NCBI RefSeq assembly: GCF_009914755.1
Contig: NC_060934.1
DNA length: 64,000 bases
Reading direction: 5' to 3' (one strand)
From: the human T2T-CHM13v2.0 reference genome, Homo sapiens
Part shown: positions 63,846 through 64,000 of the stretch, piece by piece
How positions within the stretch are numbered: position 1 is the first letter of the stretch
How the letters are laid out: every line of letters begins with the position of its first letter
Made by a program: the position numbers and the translations under genes
Notes under the pieces: generated by a model
What the model saw: the letters and a program-made list of their open reading frames with translations, nothing else
Databases searched by the model: none
Told to the model about the DNA's origin: nothing

Positions 63846-64000
63846 ATTGATAGTAGCTACCAATAGACATCCCCTTCTCTAGTCCTTATATTGACTACTT
63901 ATCCTGTAGTTCTCAAATGACTGAGATATTGCATCAACCAATGCAATCTCTTTAATAAATAACTCAACCTAATTTACCACCAGATACATTTTAACAATTG

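Overview
AT-rich primate genomic DNA, probably human or another hominoid (AluY-type and L1PA3-like elements are present). Much of the window is interspersed repeats: stacked L1 remnants (the old ones mostly on the minus strand), about 13 Alus, MaLR/ERV LTRs (MSTA, THE1, MER61, MER21, LTR16), DNA-transposon fossils (MER8, Tigger3, Charlie-like), L2/MIR fragments and microsatellites. I find no supportable host protein-coding gene, RNA gene or CRISPR array. The only long ORF (559 aa) is the C-terminal part of L1 ORF2. The most unusual structure is at 44.8-54.7 kb, where locally templated inverted insertions cluster: (i) a ~440-bp inverted copy of sequence from 5.2 kb upstream, fused to a 23-bp piece that matches one particular Alu 3.8 kb downstream; (ii) a ~110-bp inverted copy of nearby L1 5'UTR inside an Alu. 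With an inverted Alu pair, these form three concentric inverted repeats. Also notable are a TSD-flanked 360-bp mini-L1 that joins the L1 5' terminus directly to the 3' end, a twin-primed L1, a likely short L1 3' transduction, several micro-templated scars and two candidate non-coding exons on the + strand. Subfamily calls come from recalled consensus similarity, not from a search, and the boundaries of old elements are approximate.
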